Below are positions 19,606 to 28,237 of a stretch of DNA of 64,000 bases, one piece after another. Every line of letters starts with the position of its first letter. The first letter of the stretch is position 1. The stretch is from a bacterium (GTDB lineage: Bacteria; Zhuqueibacterota; QNDG01; JAFGCO01). Under the pieces are notes generated by a model. It was not told the origin of the DNA. It saw nothing but the letters and a program-made list of their open reading frames with translations, and did not search any database. The translations under genes and the position numbers were made by a program. The DNA lies in the NCBI GenBank assembly GCA_016932575.1, contig JAFGCO010000059.1, positions 2,975-66,974 on the forward strand, in the 5' to 3' direction.

Positions 19606-19787
19606 GAGTGCACCTCCGGAACACCCAGCGGGCAGATATTCACACAATGGTAACATAAAGTACAGGCCTCTTTATCCACCCGAATTGTGGATTCTTTCAG
19701 CTCAATTGCGTCCGCGGGGCAGACAGCCACACAAGTTCCGCAAAAATCACATCGCTCGCTATCGATGGTAATGGTTGTTTCAGCCAT
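19602..19787 (-). CDS. 2x[4Fe-4S] ferredoxin (61 aa)
   Basis: Two CxxCxxCxxxCP motifs are present: CDFCGTCVAVCP and CTLCYHCVNICP. Confidence 0.85.
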   Translation of the reverse strand: MAETTITIDSERCDFCGTCVAVCPADAIELKESTIRVDKEACTLCYHCVNICPLGVPEVHS

Positions 19788-19889
19788 TTATATTCCTTTA
19801 TGTTAATTCAATTGCCGAATATGGATAAGTCATGTGGAAAGGTACAAATATTTTTAACTTAAAATCAATATTTTGTTGTACATTTTTAA

Positions 19890-20939
19890 TCAGGTAACCT
19901 TTTGAACTTTTTTTATATTTTGCATCATTTCTCTGAAAGATCTCGGATGGATCAGCAAATAACGCTGTGTATAGCAAGTGGTCCAGCATCCCCGGCATGT
20001 TTTATATTCATTGAGACGATTTTTGTATTTATCTGAAGAGAATATTTCATCCAATGTCTGATCGAAAATATTGCCGATCGGATCCCCGTAGCACAGATGC
20101 ACGGCACCGTCTTCCATTATGGTCACGCGTGTGGCCAGTACAGGGGCATCCAGAAAGGCACAGTAATCAGAAGTCCGGGAAGCCACGAAAGAGGGCACGC
20201 CTGCCAGATAGGATTTCAGGTTCAGAATCTGCGGATGCTTCATCAGATAAGCTGTTATTTTATCGATGCGCTCTCCCGGCTCCAGACGCAATTCGTCATC
20301 CTGACGTGTTGTCGCTGTTAATGAATGGTACATGCCCACTGTGGTCTTCCATCCCAGATCATTGGCCCGCCGGATCAGCTCGGGCACCTGATTCAGGTTG
20401 AGATTGTTCATGACAATATTGGCGTACAGCAGTGATCTGGAATTGCCGCGGTGTTTGGAAATCCATGCCATGTGATTGAGCACTGTATCTGCAAAATGAC
20501 TGACGCCCCGCAGATTGTCCCCCAGATTTCCGAGTCCGTCCAGTGATGTCTGAATGTGGATATCATGATCCAATGCCACCCGTGCGATTTTCCGAATGAT
20601 TTCAGATTTATTGTATAATCCGGTAACCAAAGTTGTGGCCAGAATAAACGTCTTTTTCGCTTCGATCAGCATTTGATCCAGGTCAGGAACCAATGTGGCT
20701 TCTCCGCCGGAGATAAATCCGATAAAAGCCCCGTAATCCTTCAATCTTGCCATCATTTCCCTGAATTGGATCAGATTCAGGGACGGGGGATCCGTTGTTT
20801 TCTCGTATACGCTGCACTGCCGGCAACGTTGTGTGCACAAACGTGTCAGACGGATTTCAGTGCTTGAATTGAGCGGTTTTCGGGTGAGTCCCCGACAGAT
20901 GAGTCGTTTGGTTAAATAGGCAGTCTGTGAAAGATTCAC
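19890..20939 (-). CDS. radical SAM protein with C-terminal SPASM/twitch-like Cys cluster
   Basis: CTQRCRQC gives the CxxxCxxC motif about 35 aa from the proposed start. The C-terminus reads HLCYGDPIGNIFDQTL...CRGCWTTC. The proposed GTG start at 20939 overlaps the upstream GT2 stop (GTGA). The ORF-track ATG at 21104 would overlap that gene by 169 nt. Confidence 0.75.
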   Translation of the reverse strand: MNLSQTAYLTKRLICRGLTRKPLNSSTEIRLTRLCTQRCRQCSVYEKTTDPPSLNLIQFREMMARLKDYGAFIGFISGGEATLVPDLDQMLIEAKKTFILATTLVTGLYNKSEIIRKIARVALDHDIHIQTSLDGLGNLGDNLRGVSHFADTVLNHMAWISKHRGNSRSLLYANIVMNNLNLNQVPELIRRANDLGWKTTVGMYHSLTATTRQDDELRLEPGERIDKITAYLMKHPQILNLKSYLAGVPSFVASRTSDYCAFLDAPVLATRVTIMEDGAVHLCYGDPIGNIFDQTLDEIFSSDKYKNRLNEYKTCRGCWTTCYTQRYLLIHPRSFREMMQNIKKVQKVT

Positions 20940-22087
20940 TTTTGCTCCGATGAAAGATGAATTCGATTTTTCCAATGAAATCCGCCCAGCGTGCCGAAAA
21001 TTCCAACATATACCACATAAGGAATCTGAACGAAAAACCATACCGGAAATACGGATAGCAGATCCGTCCGTCCGAACAGGCGGCATCCCCGAATCAAAAG
21101 CCATGCCTCAGCCAGCAATTTCAACCCCCAGGCGATGAGAAGACAGCAAAGCAGATTCGGCAGTATCAATGCCAGGGGAAGAGAAAGGCATAAGATCAAA
21201 TTGGTCAGGAAAGTGATAATCACATATCCGAAAAATGGTTTGTTGAGCTTCCATTGATAAGCGCCATTGGATGCCCATCGTTTCCGCTGATTGATGAAGG
21301 CAGAGAATGTGGATTCTGCCTGTGTATGATTATAAGCGTTTTCTGATGATGCGAAACGTATTTTCCAGTCGGTTTTTTTCCGAATCAGCTGCAGAAGAAG
21401 CACATCATCACCGGAGATCCTGCGGCCGATTTGTGTAAATCCGCCCACTTCGTGGTAGACAGATTTTCGATACGCCAGATTCTGCCCGGAAGCCGCCCAT
21501 GCCCATCCCAGTCTGGCAGTTCCAAGGGCTGCTGCCATCAGCATTAAAAAATCCACGGCCTGCAGTTTTTGAAAATATATGCAACCGGTATTTGGAATGC
21601 ACAATTGAGAAAATCCCACCACCATTCCCGTATCTTTGGTAAAATATGAAACCATGGTTTCCGCCCAGCCGGGCAATACACGGCAATCTGCGTCGGTAGT
21701 CAGAATGATTTCGCCCGTGGCATGATGCAATGCCTGTGCGAGGGCGTTCTTTTTTGCTGTGAAGCCCGACTCAGCGGATTTGATGGATATTAATCTGAAT
21801 CTCGAATCCTTCCGGGAATAAGCACGGACGATTTCGGCTGTCCCGTCTTCGGAATGATCGTCTGCAATTAAAATTTCCATCAAATCCTCAGAATAAGTCT
21901 GAATTTTCAAATCATCCAGCAAGTTGCGAATGTTTTTTTCTTCATTCCTTGCCGCAATCACAACAGAGATCCGCGGACAGTTTTGTGACCTTGGATTATC
22001 TTTTTTTTGTAAGCCCGCCTGAAAAACCAGCAATACGCCGGTGTAGATTAACACGGGAAGAAGAAGGACGGCAACAACGAATTCCAC
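20936..22087 (-). CDS. integral-membrane family 2 glycosyltransferase (synthase-like, D,D,D,QxxRW)
   Basis: N-terminal TM segment, then ADDHSEDGT, TTDADC, SGDDVLL and QRKRWA, followed by about 4 C-terminal TM segments. Confidence 0.8.
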   Translation of the reverse strand: MEFVVAVLLLPVLIYTGVLLVFQAGLQKKDNPRSQNCPRISVVIAARNEEKNIRNLLDDLKIQTYSEDLMEILIADDHSEDGTAEIVRAYSRKDSRFRLISIKSAESGFTAKKNALAQALHHATGEIILTTDADCRVLPGWAETMVSYFTKDTGMVVGFSQLCIPNTGCIYFQKLQAVDFLMLMAAALGTARLGWAWAASGQNLAYRKSVYHEVGGFTQIGRRISGDDVLLLQLIRKKTDWKIRFASSENAYNHTQAESTFSAFINQRKRWASNGAYQWKLNKPFFGYVIITFLTNLILCLSLPLALILPNLLCCLLIAWGLKLLAEAWLLIRGCRLFGRTDLLSVFPVWFFVQIPYVVYVGIFGTLGGFHWKNRIHLSSEQK

Positions 22088-22231
22088 AATGATGATCCTT
22101 TAATATTTTTTATATTATTATACGCATCGAATCCCGGATGCCAAAGCGGAAATTAAATTACTATTTCATCTGTCTGCAGATCAACATCCGATGATTTTTA
22201 TACTCCTGTTATACATATCAACTGCTGAACG

Positions 22232-22561
22232 TTGGAAAATCACAAATTACAAATCACAAATAACAAACAATATCGAAATTACAAATGACAAATTCCAAAC
22301 ACACTTTTCTTTGTTTGTGATTTTTATTATTGGAATTTGGAATTTGAAATTTGTTTTTTTTTACACCAGCCATCAATATGTTCTCTTTGCCTTTAATCCC
22401 TTCCTTAATTCTTTGGTTTTATTCTTTTCTCGTATTTCTAATTATTTTATCTCTCGTTTATTTTCCTGATTCCTGTCTCTTGTTTCTTGATTCTTTTTCT
22501 CCGTTTTTCCTCTTCTCCGTTTCACCGTTCCAGCCTCTCAACCCACGACTCTAAGACTCAA
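22232..22561 (-). repeat. intergenic repeat element, copy 2 (full length)
   Basis: Same ends and internal blocks as copy 1. Tandem heptamers are cacaaat/tacaaat/cacaaat/aacaaac and ggaattt/ggaattt/gaaattt. Lies between the two GT2 paralogues. Confidence 0.8.
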
Positions 22562-22611
22562 CATTTCCTCTATTTTCCGTATATCCCTTATTTCCGCATT
22601 TCTTCTTATTT

Positions 22612-23745
22612 TTATCCCCCGGTCATCGTTTTTGAATACCGGGTTTCCTTCCATTTAAACTTTCCAAATTGTCCCCACAATCCAAAAATTACCACATAAG
22701 GAATATGGATAAACATGGCAACGGGAAAAAACCTGAGTAAACGCACTTGTGAAAATATTCTGGCCGTACGATATACGAGCAAAAATTCCGTACACGCCTT
22801 CAATCCGAATACAAGCAGCATCCACGGATAAAGGGTTGGAAAAAATAATGCGCTCAATAAAGACAGATTGAACAGATAGACGCCGATGAGACTCCATTTT
22901 AATCCTGTGCGGTAATGCAGCCCCTTGGATGCATGTCGGATTCGCTGATTAGAGAATTCTCCAAAGCTGCCTGCCGGTCGTGCCGGTACCACAGAATGAG
23001 GGTCAATTGAAAACCGAACCTGATAATTTGTATTTTCCGTGATTAAATGAAGCAGAAGGTCGTCATCTCCTGAAATAAACTGGCCAGTCGCCCTGAAGCC
23101 GCCGATTGATTGAAAAACAGATTTGCGATAGGCCAGATTGCGGCCGGCACAGGTCAAAGGCAATCCGGCTCCGAAACTGCCGGCCATGACACTGGCCAGT
23201 CCCAATGCTTCCAGAGCGATAAACGAACTCAGGGCAGAGGCAGGCGCCGCGGCTGTCAGAGGAGAATATCCGGCCACCAGGGCCACATTGTCCTCAAAAT
23301 AGGCAACCATCGAAGAAATCCATCCGGATTGCGGCCTGCAGTCCGCGTCTGTGGTGAGTATAATATCACCTTTTGCCGATGCGATGCCCTGTTGAAGCGC
23401 ATATTTTTTTGGTGCCATTTTCGGATAAAGAACATTAATGTCTATACATTGTAAATTAGATGAACTGTGCATCATCGTACGCACAATGTCTCCTGTATGG
23501 TCCTCAGAGCGGTCATTGACTACAATGATTTCAAATTTTGTCTGCGGATAAGTTTGATGAATTACGGCATTCAGACAAGATCCGATATTGCTTTCTTCAT
23601 TTCGCGCGGGAATAATGACCGATACAAAGGGACGAATAGCTGCGTTTCCGGTTGAAAGGGCAGTTGTTCCCAGAATCAGCCGGATACAGATGCTTATATA
23701 AAACAGACCGAATAAGAGAATAGATGCGAGAATGATCCAATTCAC
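22612..23745 (-). CDS. integral-membrane family 2 glycosyltransferase, paralogue with QxxRH in place of QxxRW
   Basis: Same architecture as 20936..22087: NDRSEDHT, TTDADC and SGDDDLL, but QRIRHA replaces QRKRWA. Confidence 0.8.
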   Translation of the reverse strand: MNWIILASILLFGLFYISICIRLILGTTALSTGNAAIRPFVSVIIPARNEESNIGSCLNAVIHQTYPQTKFEIIVVNDRSEDHTGDIVRTMMHSSSNLQCIDINVLYPKMAPKKYALQQGIASAKGDIILTTDADCRPQSGWISSMVAYFEDNVALVAGYSPLTAAAPASALSSFIALEALGLASVMAGSFGAGLPLTCAGRNLAYRKSVFQSIGGFRATGQFISGDDDLLLHLITENTNYQVRFSIDPHSVVPARPAGSFGEFSNQRIRHASKGLHYRTGLKWSLIGVYLFNLSLLSALFFPTLYPWMLLVFGLKACTEFLLVYRTARIFSQVRLLRFFPVAMFIHIPYVVIFGLWGQFGKFKWKETRYSKTMTGG

Positions 23746-24006
23746 AGAATCGCCGTTGTTTTTATCAATGATTCATGGCTAATGATCATGACAGATTCCA
23801 AAAAGGCCGGTTTGAAGGTATGCATCGTTTTGTATGGTATACATGGAAAAGATATTCAAACCAGCCTTACGAAAATACAAAAAAGCTTGAAATATTTCAA
23901 CCGGTTTTCTTGGATTTCGATTATTATTTATTGAATAATGCAGAAAAAATGGATCCGCTTTATAAAAAGCCAGGCCCAGGCTTTCAGAAGAGCTGTCGAA
24001 TGTTAA

Positions 24007-25557
24007 TTAATAATTCAACTGAAAATGCAATTGTATCTGATTGTAATTCTTATTTTTATCCCGTTCTCCGAGAACATTCGAAACCCGATGATAGGAATAG
24101 CCTGATTTGAGGTAACAGTCTTTCAGGAGCTGGTACTCCATTTCAAATCCAATGATTTCATGGGACTCCACCACTCCTGACAGGAATTTTTTTCGGGTGC
24201 TTTCGGTTCTATTGGCGGGTGTATATAAATCGCCCTCGCCGTGGCGCGTGCGGTTTATATAGAATGTACTGTTGAAAATCCGGGACACCCAATATCCAAT
24301 TTGTATATGTACATTATCGCTGTTCGGGCCCAGCCAGTGCCCGATGGATCGGCCATATTGCTGATAGATATTCAAAGAATCCTGATGGGTATACACATAG
24401 GGTTCGATTCGGGCGTATTCCATTTGAAGATCCCATCCACGGAATCCGAATAAATCCAGCCAGCGCCAGCCGACAAGCAGCGCCCATTTGTTACCGTAAT
24501 AGGTCAACGGATTTTCAGAAGAGGTATAATCATCCAGAAAGAGTTCCAGGTACAGTTTATGATTTTTCCACGGAAATAAATTCGCATCAAACGCCATGGT
24601 GTTGTTATCCCGGTCGCCCAGATGATGCTCGGCCACATGGTATGGCATAAGCGGGTTTAAATACATGGGTTCAATGTCCCGGTTACCATAGATAACAAGT
24701 TCGCTTCCGGCAACAGACAGCCAGGGAGAAATACGAAATTCCAGGCGGTGTGCGGCCAAATATTTTGGAGCCTGCGTGTAATTGAGCTTGCCATGGATAC
24801 TTGTGAATTGAAACCGTGTAAAGAAGACCTGAAGACGGAGCATGTCAAAGTAGGCGTCATGGTTTGACAGCATAAGGTTTCCCTGTTGACCCGGACCCCA
24901 TCGGGCTTCGTCTCTGCCAAATTCAATATTGACGTGTGGCAGATGAAATAAAAAGTAAGCGGAAGCGTTGTCAGTAAAAGTGTTTTTCCCTGATATGATA
25001 ATTGGTGCGCCCCGTGAGGGATCGAATTGTTCTTCTTCAAATGCTTCCCCCTTTCGCAGTGTGTTGTAAGCATGAAGAAAATATCCCAATTGATCGGTGA
25101 GCTGTCCACGTAAATAGCCGCCTCCTGTGGTATGCGAGATCGTGCTTCCGCGATCGCCGCTCTGTCGGATGATTTGCTGATCAAGAAGCAGATCGGCATC
25201 GGCTCTGTACCGGCCGTCTGATTCTGACCAGGTTAAAAGATGCCTTTCATGAAATTTGGATTGTATTTTTATGTCATGGGAAATGAGATCACCCACAAAT
25301 TCACCTTTGAATTGTTCAAACAGGCTGATTTCGGATTCAGTAAGCCTCTCTGTATGAATCGATTTTTGGATTTCGATAAAGGCTTTTACGATTTCCTTGC
25401 GTGTAAAAGGATAACTGCCATATTGAGAAGACAATATGCCTTTGCACTGCATGCGGTCCAAAAAATCATAGACGCGGTGATTGAGCGGCACAAATACTGG
25501 CTGGGCAATCAGGAAACTTGCGCCCAAAAGAATAAAAATGAAACAAAGTTTCTTCAA
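24007..25557 (-). CDS. outer-membrane protein, probable capsule-assembly Wzi-like family
   Basis: Signal peptide, then PLNHRVYDFLDRMQCKGIL...PFTRKEI, which resembles the Wzi N-terminal helical block. A beta-barrel-like aromatic-rich sequence follows. The assignment is from memory of the family pattern. Confidence 0.5.
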   Translation of the reverse strand: MKKLCFIFILLGASFLIAQPVFVPLNHRVYDFLDRMQCKGILSSQYGSYPFTRKEIVKAFIEIQKSIHTERLTESEISLFEQFKGEFVGDLISHDIKIQSKFHERHLLTWSESDGRYRADADLLLDQQIIRQSGDRGSTISHTTGGGYLRGQLTDQLGYFLHAYNTLRKGEAFEEEQFDPSRGAPIIISGKNTFTDNASAYFLFHLPHVNIEFGRDEARWGPGQQGNLMLSNHDAYFDMLRLQVFFTRFQFTSIHGKLNYTQAPKYLAAHRLEFRISPWLSVAGSELVIYGNRDIEPMYLNPLMPYHVAEHHLGDRDNNTMAFDANLFPWKNHKLYLELFLDDYTSSENPLTYYGNKWALLVGWRWLDLFGFRGWDLQMEYARIEPYVYTHQDSLNIYQQYGRSIGHWLGPNSDNVHIQIGYWVSRIFNSTFYINRTRHGEGDLYTPANRTESTRKKFLSGVVESHEIIGFEMEYQLLKDCYLKSGYSYHRVSNVLGERDKNKNYNQIQLHFQLNY

Positions 25558-25729
25558 CTGGCGTTACTCCAGTGGGATTTTTTGGGAGCAAAAGATACAA
25601 TTCTTCAGTAAGCCTGATTATCTTAACGTTTATTTCAATGAATGTCAAGAAAAAAAGTGCCTTGATTATCGATCGAGGATTTTCTATGTTTTATAGAAGG
25701 ATGAATTGACCCTGTCTGAGGAGGATCGT

Positions 25730-26566
25730 ATGTTTTTTAAAAAAATCAGCTTGATTTGTTTCTGGGGGACGATATTATTTTGCTTTTCAACATATTCACA
25801 AAGTCTGGAATCCGGTGTGACTTTAACCTTGGAATTACTGCCTATGGAAAAGCAGGAAAAACTCAGGGAGTTTCACGAAGCCATTGAAAGATATATCGAT
25901 GAGCATGACTGGACGGGCCATGGCTCCGAAGAACCGCTGACCATTACCATTAATCTTCAACTCCAGGAAGCAAGCAGCAGTTTTGAGGACAGGTATTCGG
26001 GAATTTTTATGATATCCAATAATTCCGATATGCAATATTATGATAAATACTGGCGTTTTCCTTATTCTCCTGAGACGATGCTGGAACACAGCAGTGTGTA
26101 TCATCCGTTTACGGGTTTTATTGATTTTTATATTTATGTGATTTTGGGGGGGGAATTTGACAAGCTGGGCCCGATGCTGGGGACACCGTTTTATGAAAAA
26201 GCCAGACAGGTAGCCGATCAGGCTTTATTTGATGCACAGTTCAGTACCGGCTGGAAAGAACGTTCAGAGTTTATCGACCGGCTCATGGGCGAGGAAAACA
26301 AACTCTTCAGAAAGATGAAAGACCAATACTATCTTGGATTGTCTTATGTCGAAGATGATGATGCCATGGTTAAGAAATATTGCCGGGAGGCTGTCGATCT
26401 AATGGAAAAAATATTTAAAAAAGATTCGGAGCATAAGGACGCCATAAATTTTTTAAAAGCGCATCATCTTGAGATCATTGAAATTTTTCAGGATGAACCG
26501 GATGTGCTAAGAAAGATGATCCGGATCGATCCGGATCGGTCAGATACATATAAGAAGTATTTGTAG
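25730..26566 (+). CDS. DUF4835 family protein (PorD-like T9SS-associated protein)
   Basis: Contains DKYWRFPY, FIDFYIYVILGGEFDK, GWKERSEFIDRLM and FLKAHHLEIIEIF blocks, as in DUF4835. GAGGAGGA lies 5 nt before the ATG at 25730, and a signal peptide is present. Confidence 0.6.
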   Translation: MFFKKISLICFWGTILFCFSTYSQSLESGVTLTLELLPMEKQEKLREFHEAIERYIDEHDWTGHGSEEPLTITINLQLQEASSSFEDRYSGIFMISNNSDMQYYDKYWRFPYSPETMLEHSSVYHPFTGFIDFYIYVILGGEFDKLGPMLGTPFYEKARQVADQALFDAQFSTGWKERSEFIDRLMGEENKLFRKMKDQYYLGLSYVEDDDAMVKKYCREAVDLMEKIFKKDSEHKDAINFLKAHHLEIIEIFQDEPDVLRKMIRIDPDRSDTYKKYL

Positions 26567-26675
26567 CAGTGAAATAAATTTTCATGCAAATCCAGAATCT
26601 TTGTATCCGTGCTTTGGATTTTTCAACTATCGTTACAATAAAATGATTTTTCGTTCCCGCCGGCTTCAGTTACGG

Positions 26676-28073
26676 TTAAATTTGATATTTTTCTCCGCGG
26701 GAAGGCACATGAACATTTTGTACAATATCAGATTGAATCATTTCCGCCAGTGTTTCCGCGGATTCGGTTTCACCGTGAACCACAAAGACTTCCTGCAATC
26801 GATTTTTATTCATCCCGCGATAATAGGACATTAATTCATTTTGATCTGCATGGGCACTGAATCCATTCATGACTTCCACATGTGCGCGGAGCGGAACTTC
26901 ATCCCCGAATATTTTAATTTTCGGCTGACGGTCCACGATTTTCCGACCCAGTGTGTTTTCGGCCATAAAACCAATCGTCAAAATGGTGTTTTTGGAATCC
27001 GGGGCATTATTTTTAAGATGATGCAGAATCCTGCCCGCTTCACACATACCGGATGCAGAAATAATCATGCAGGGTTCATTGACTGTATTCAGTTTTTTCG
27101 AATCCTCAACGTGACGGATGTATTTTAACCGATAAAAACCAAAGGGGTCTTCATGATTCGATAAAAAGAGATCACGGGTCTCTTTATCAAAACATTCGGT
27201 GTGAAGTCGAAAAATCTCGGTCACGTTGACAGAAAGCGGACTGTCCACATAGATAGGGATTTCCGGCAGGTTTCCTTCACTTTGCAGCTCGTGAAGAAAG
27301 TAGACCAGTTCCTGCGTCCGCCCCACAGAAAATGACGGCACAATGATTTTACCTCCCCGCTGTACCGTGTCCTGTACTGTTTTTTGCACACAGCTTTTCA
27401 TGTCTTCAATCGGGTCATGAAACCGGTTTCCGTAAGTGGATTCTGTTATCAGGATATCGGTTTCTTTCACTTGGATCGGATCTTTAATGATGGGCAGATT
27501 TTTGCGTCCGAGATCACCGGTAAAGGTGACTCTGCGGTTTTTCCCGTTTTCCTCAATGTCGATGACAACAATTGCGGATCCCAGAATGTGACCCGCGTCA
27601 AAAAATGTAACCTGAACATCGGGCAGAACAGAGAACGGACGCTCGTATCCAAGGCCTATAAAATGAGATATACAGTTTTCTGCATCTTCCATGACATATA
27701 GAGGCTGAACCGGAGGCAGCCCTTTTTTTTCATGTTTTTTATTGATATATTCGGCATCTTTCTGCTGAATGTGCGCGGAATCGCGGAGCATAATATTGGC
27801 AAGGTCCTGAGTGGCGTGTGTACAAAAAACCGGACCGCTAAATCCTTGTTTTACCAGTTGGGGAATGTTGCCGCTGTGATCAATATGAGCATGAGACAGT
27901 ATCATGACGTCAACAGATGCAGGATCAAAAGGAAATTGACTGTTTTTTTCAAAGGCTTCCTTCCGATGACCCTGAAAAAGGCCGCAATCCAGAAGAATTT
28001 TTTTCTCGGATACCGTAAGCATATGCATTGATCCTGTGACTTCCCGTGCTGCTCCATAAAATTGCAATTCCAT
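26676..28073 (-). CDS. MBL-fold beta-CASP ribonuclease (RNA-metabolising metallo-beta-lactamase)
   Basis: N-terminus MELQFYGAAREVTGS, HxHxDH motif (SHAHIDHSG), and a beta-CASP C-terminal His block (GFSAHADQNEL). GAGGTGA RBS before the ATG at 28073. Confidence 0.8.
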   Translation of the reverse strand: MELQFYGAAREVTGSMHMLTVSEKKILLDCGLFQGHRKEAFEKNSQFPFDPASVDVMILSHAHIDHSGNIPQLVKQGFSGPVFCTHATQDLANIMLRDSAHIQQKDAEYINKKHEKKGLPPVQPLYVMEDAENCISHFIGLGYERPFSVLPDVQVTFFDAGHILGSAIVVIDIEENGKNRRVTFTGDLGRKNLPIIKDPIQVKETDILITESTYGNRFHDPIEDMKSCVQKTVQDTVQRGGKIIVPSFSVGRTQELVYFLHELQSEGNLPEIPIYVDSPLSVNVTEIFRLHTECFDKETRDLFLSNHEDPFGFYRLKYIRHVEDSKKLNTVNEPCMIISASGMCEAGRILHHLKNNAPDSKNTILTIGFMAENTLGRKIVDRQPKIKIFGDEVPLRAHVEVMNGFSAHADQNELMSYYRGMNKNRLQEVFVVHGETESAETLAEMIQSDIVQNVHVPSRGEKYQI

Positions 28074-28237
28074 ATTCACCTCAATAGTTAAATCCTCAGA
28101 TTCATTAAAATTAAGAAATGGCTTTTTCTCAAACAAGAGAAAATTCAAATAATTGTTATTCAAGTTTCGGAGCGCAGGTTGACTGAGAAGGGAAAAGAGG
28201 CTTTACTTTAATTTATGAATTTTATATATTTTTTAAA

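Noticed and set aside
20940-21104. A longer N-terminus for the radical SAM protein starting at the ATG at 21104 or 21041.
   Set aside because: It would overlap the 3' end of GT2-A by 100-169 nt in another frame. The GTG at 20939 gives the usual distance to the CxxxCxxC motif and a GTGA start/stop overlap. This remains uncertain without homologue alignment.
23775-24110. The plus-strand 111-aa ORF between GT2-B and the Wzi-like gene.
   Set aside because: It overlaps the 3' end of the much longer minus-strand Wzi-like gene. It has no RBS and no recognisable family, so it is probably a shadow ORF.
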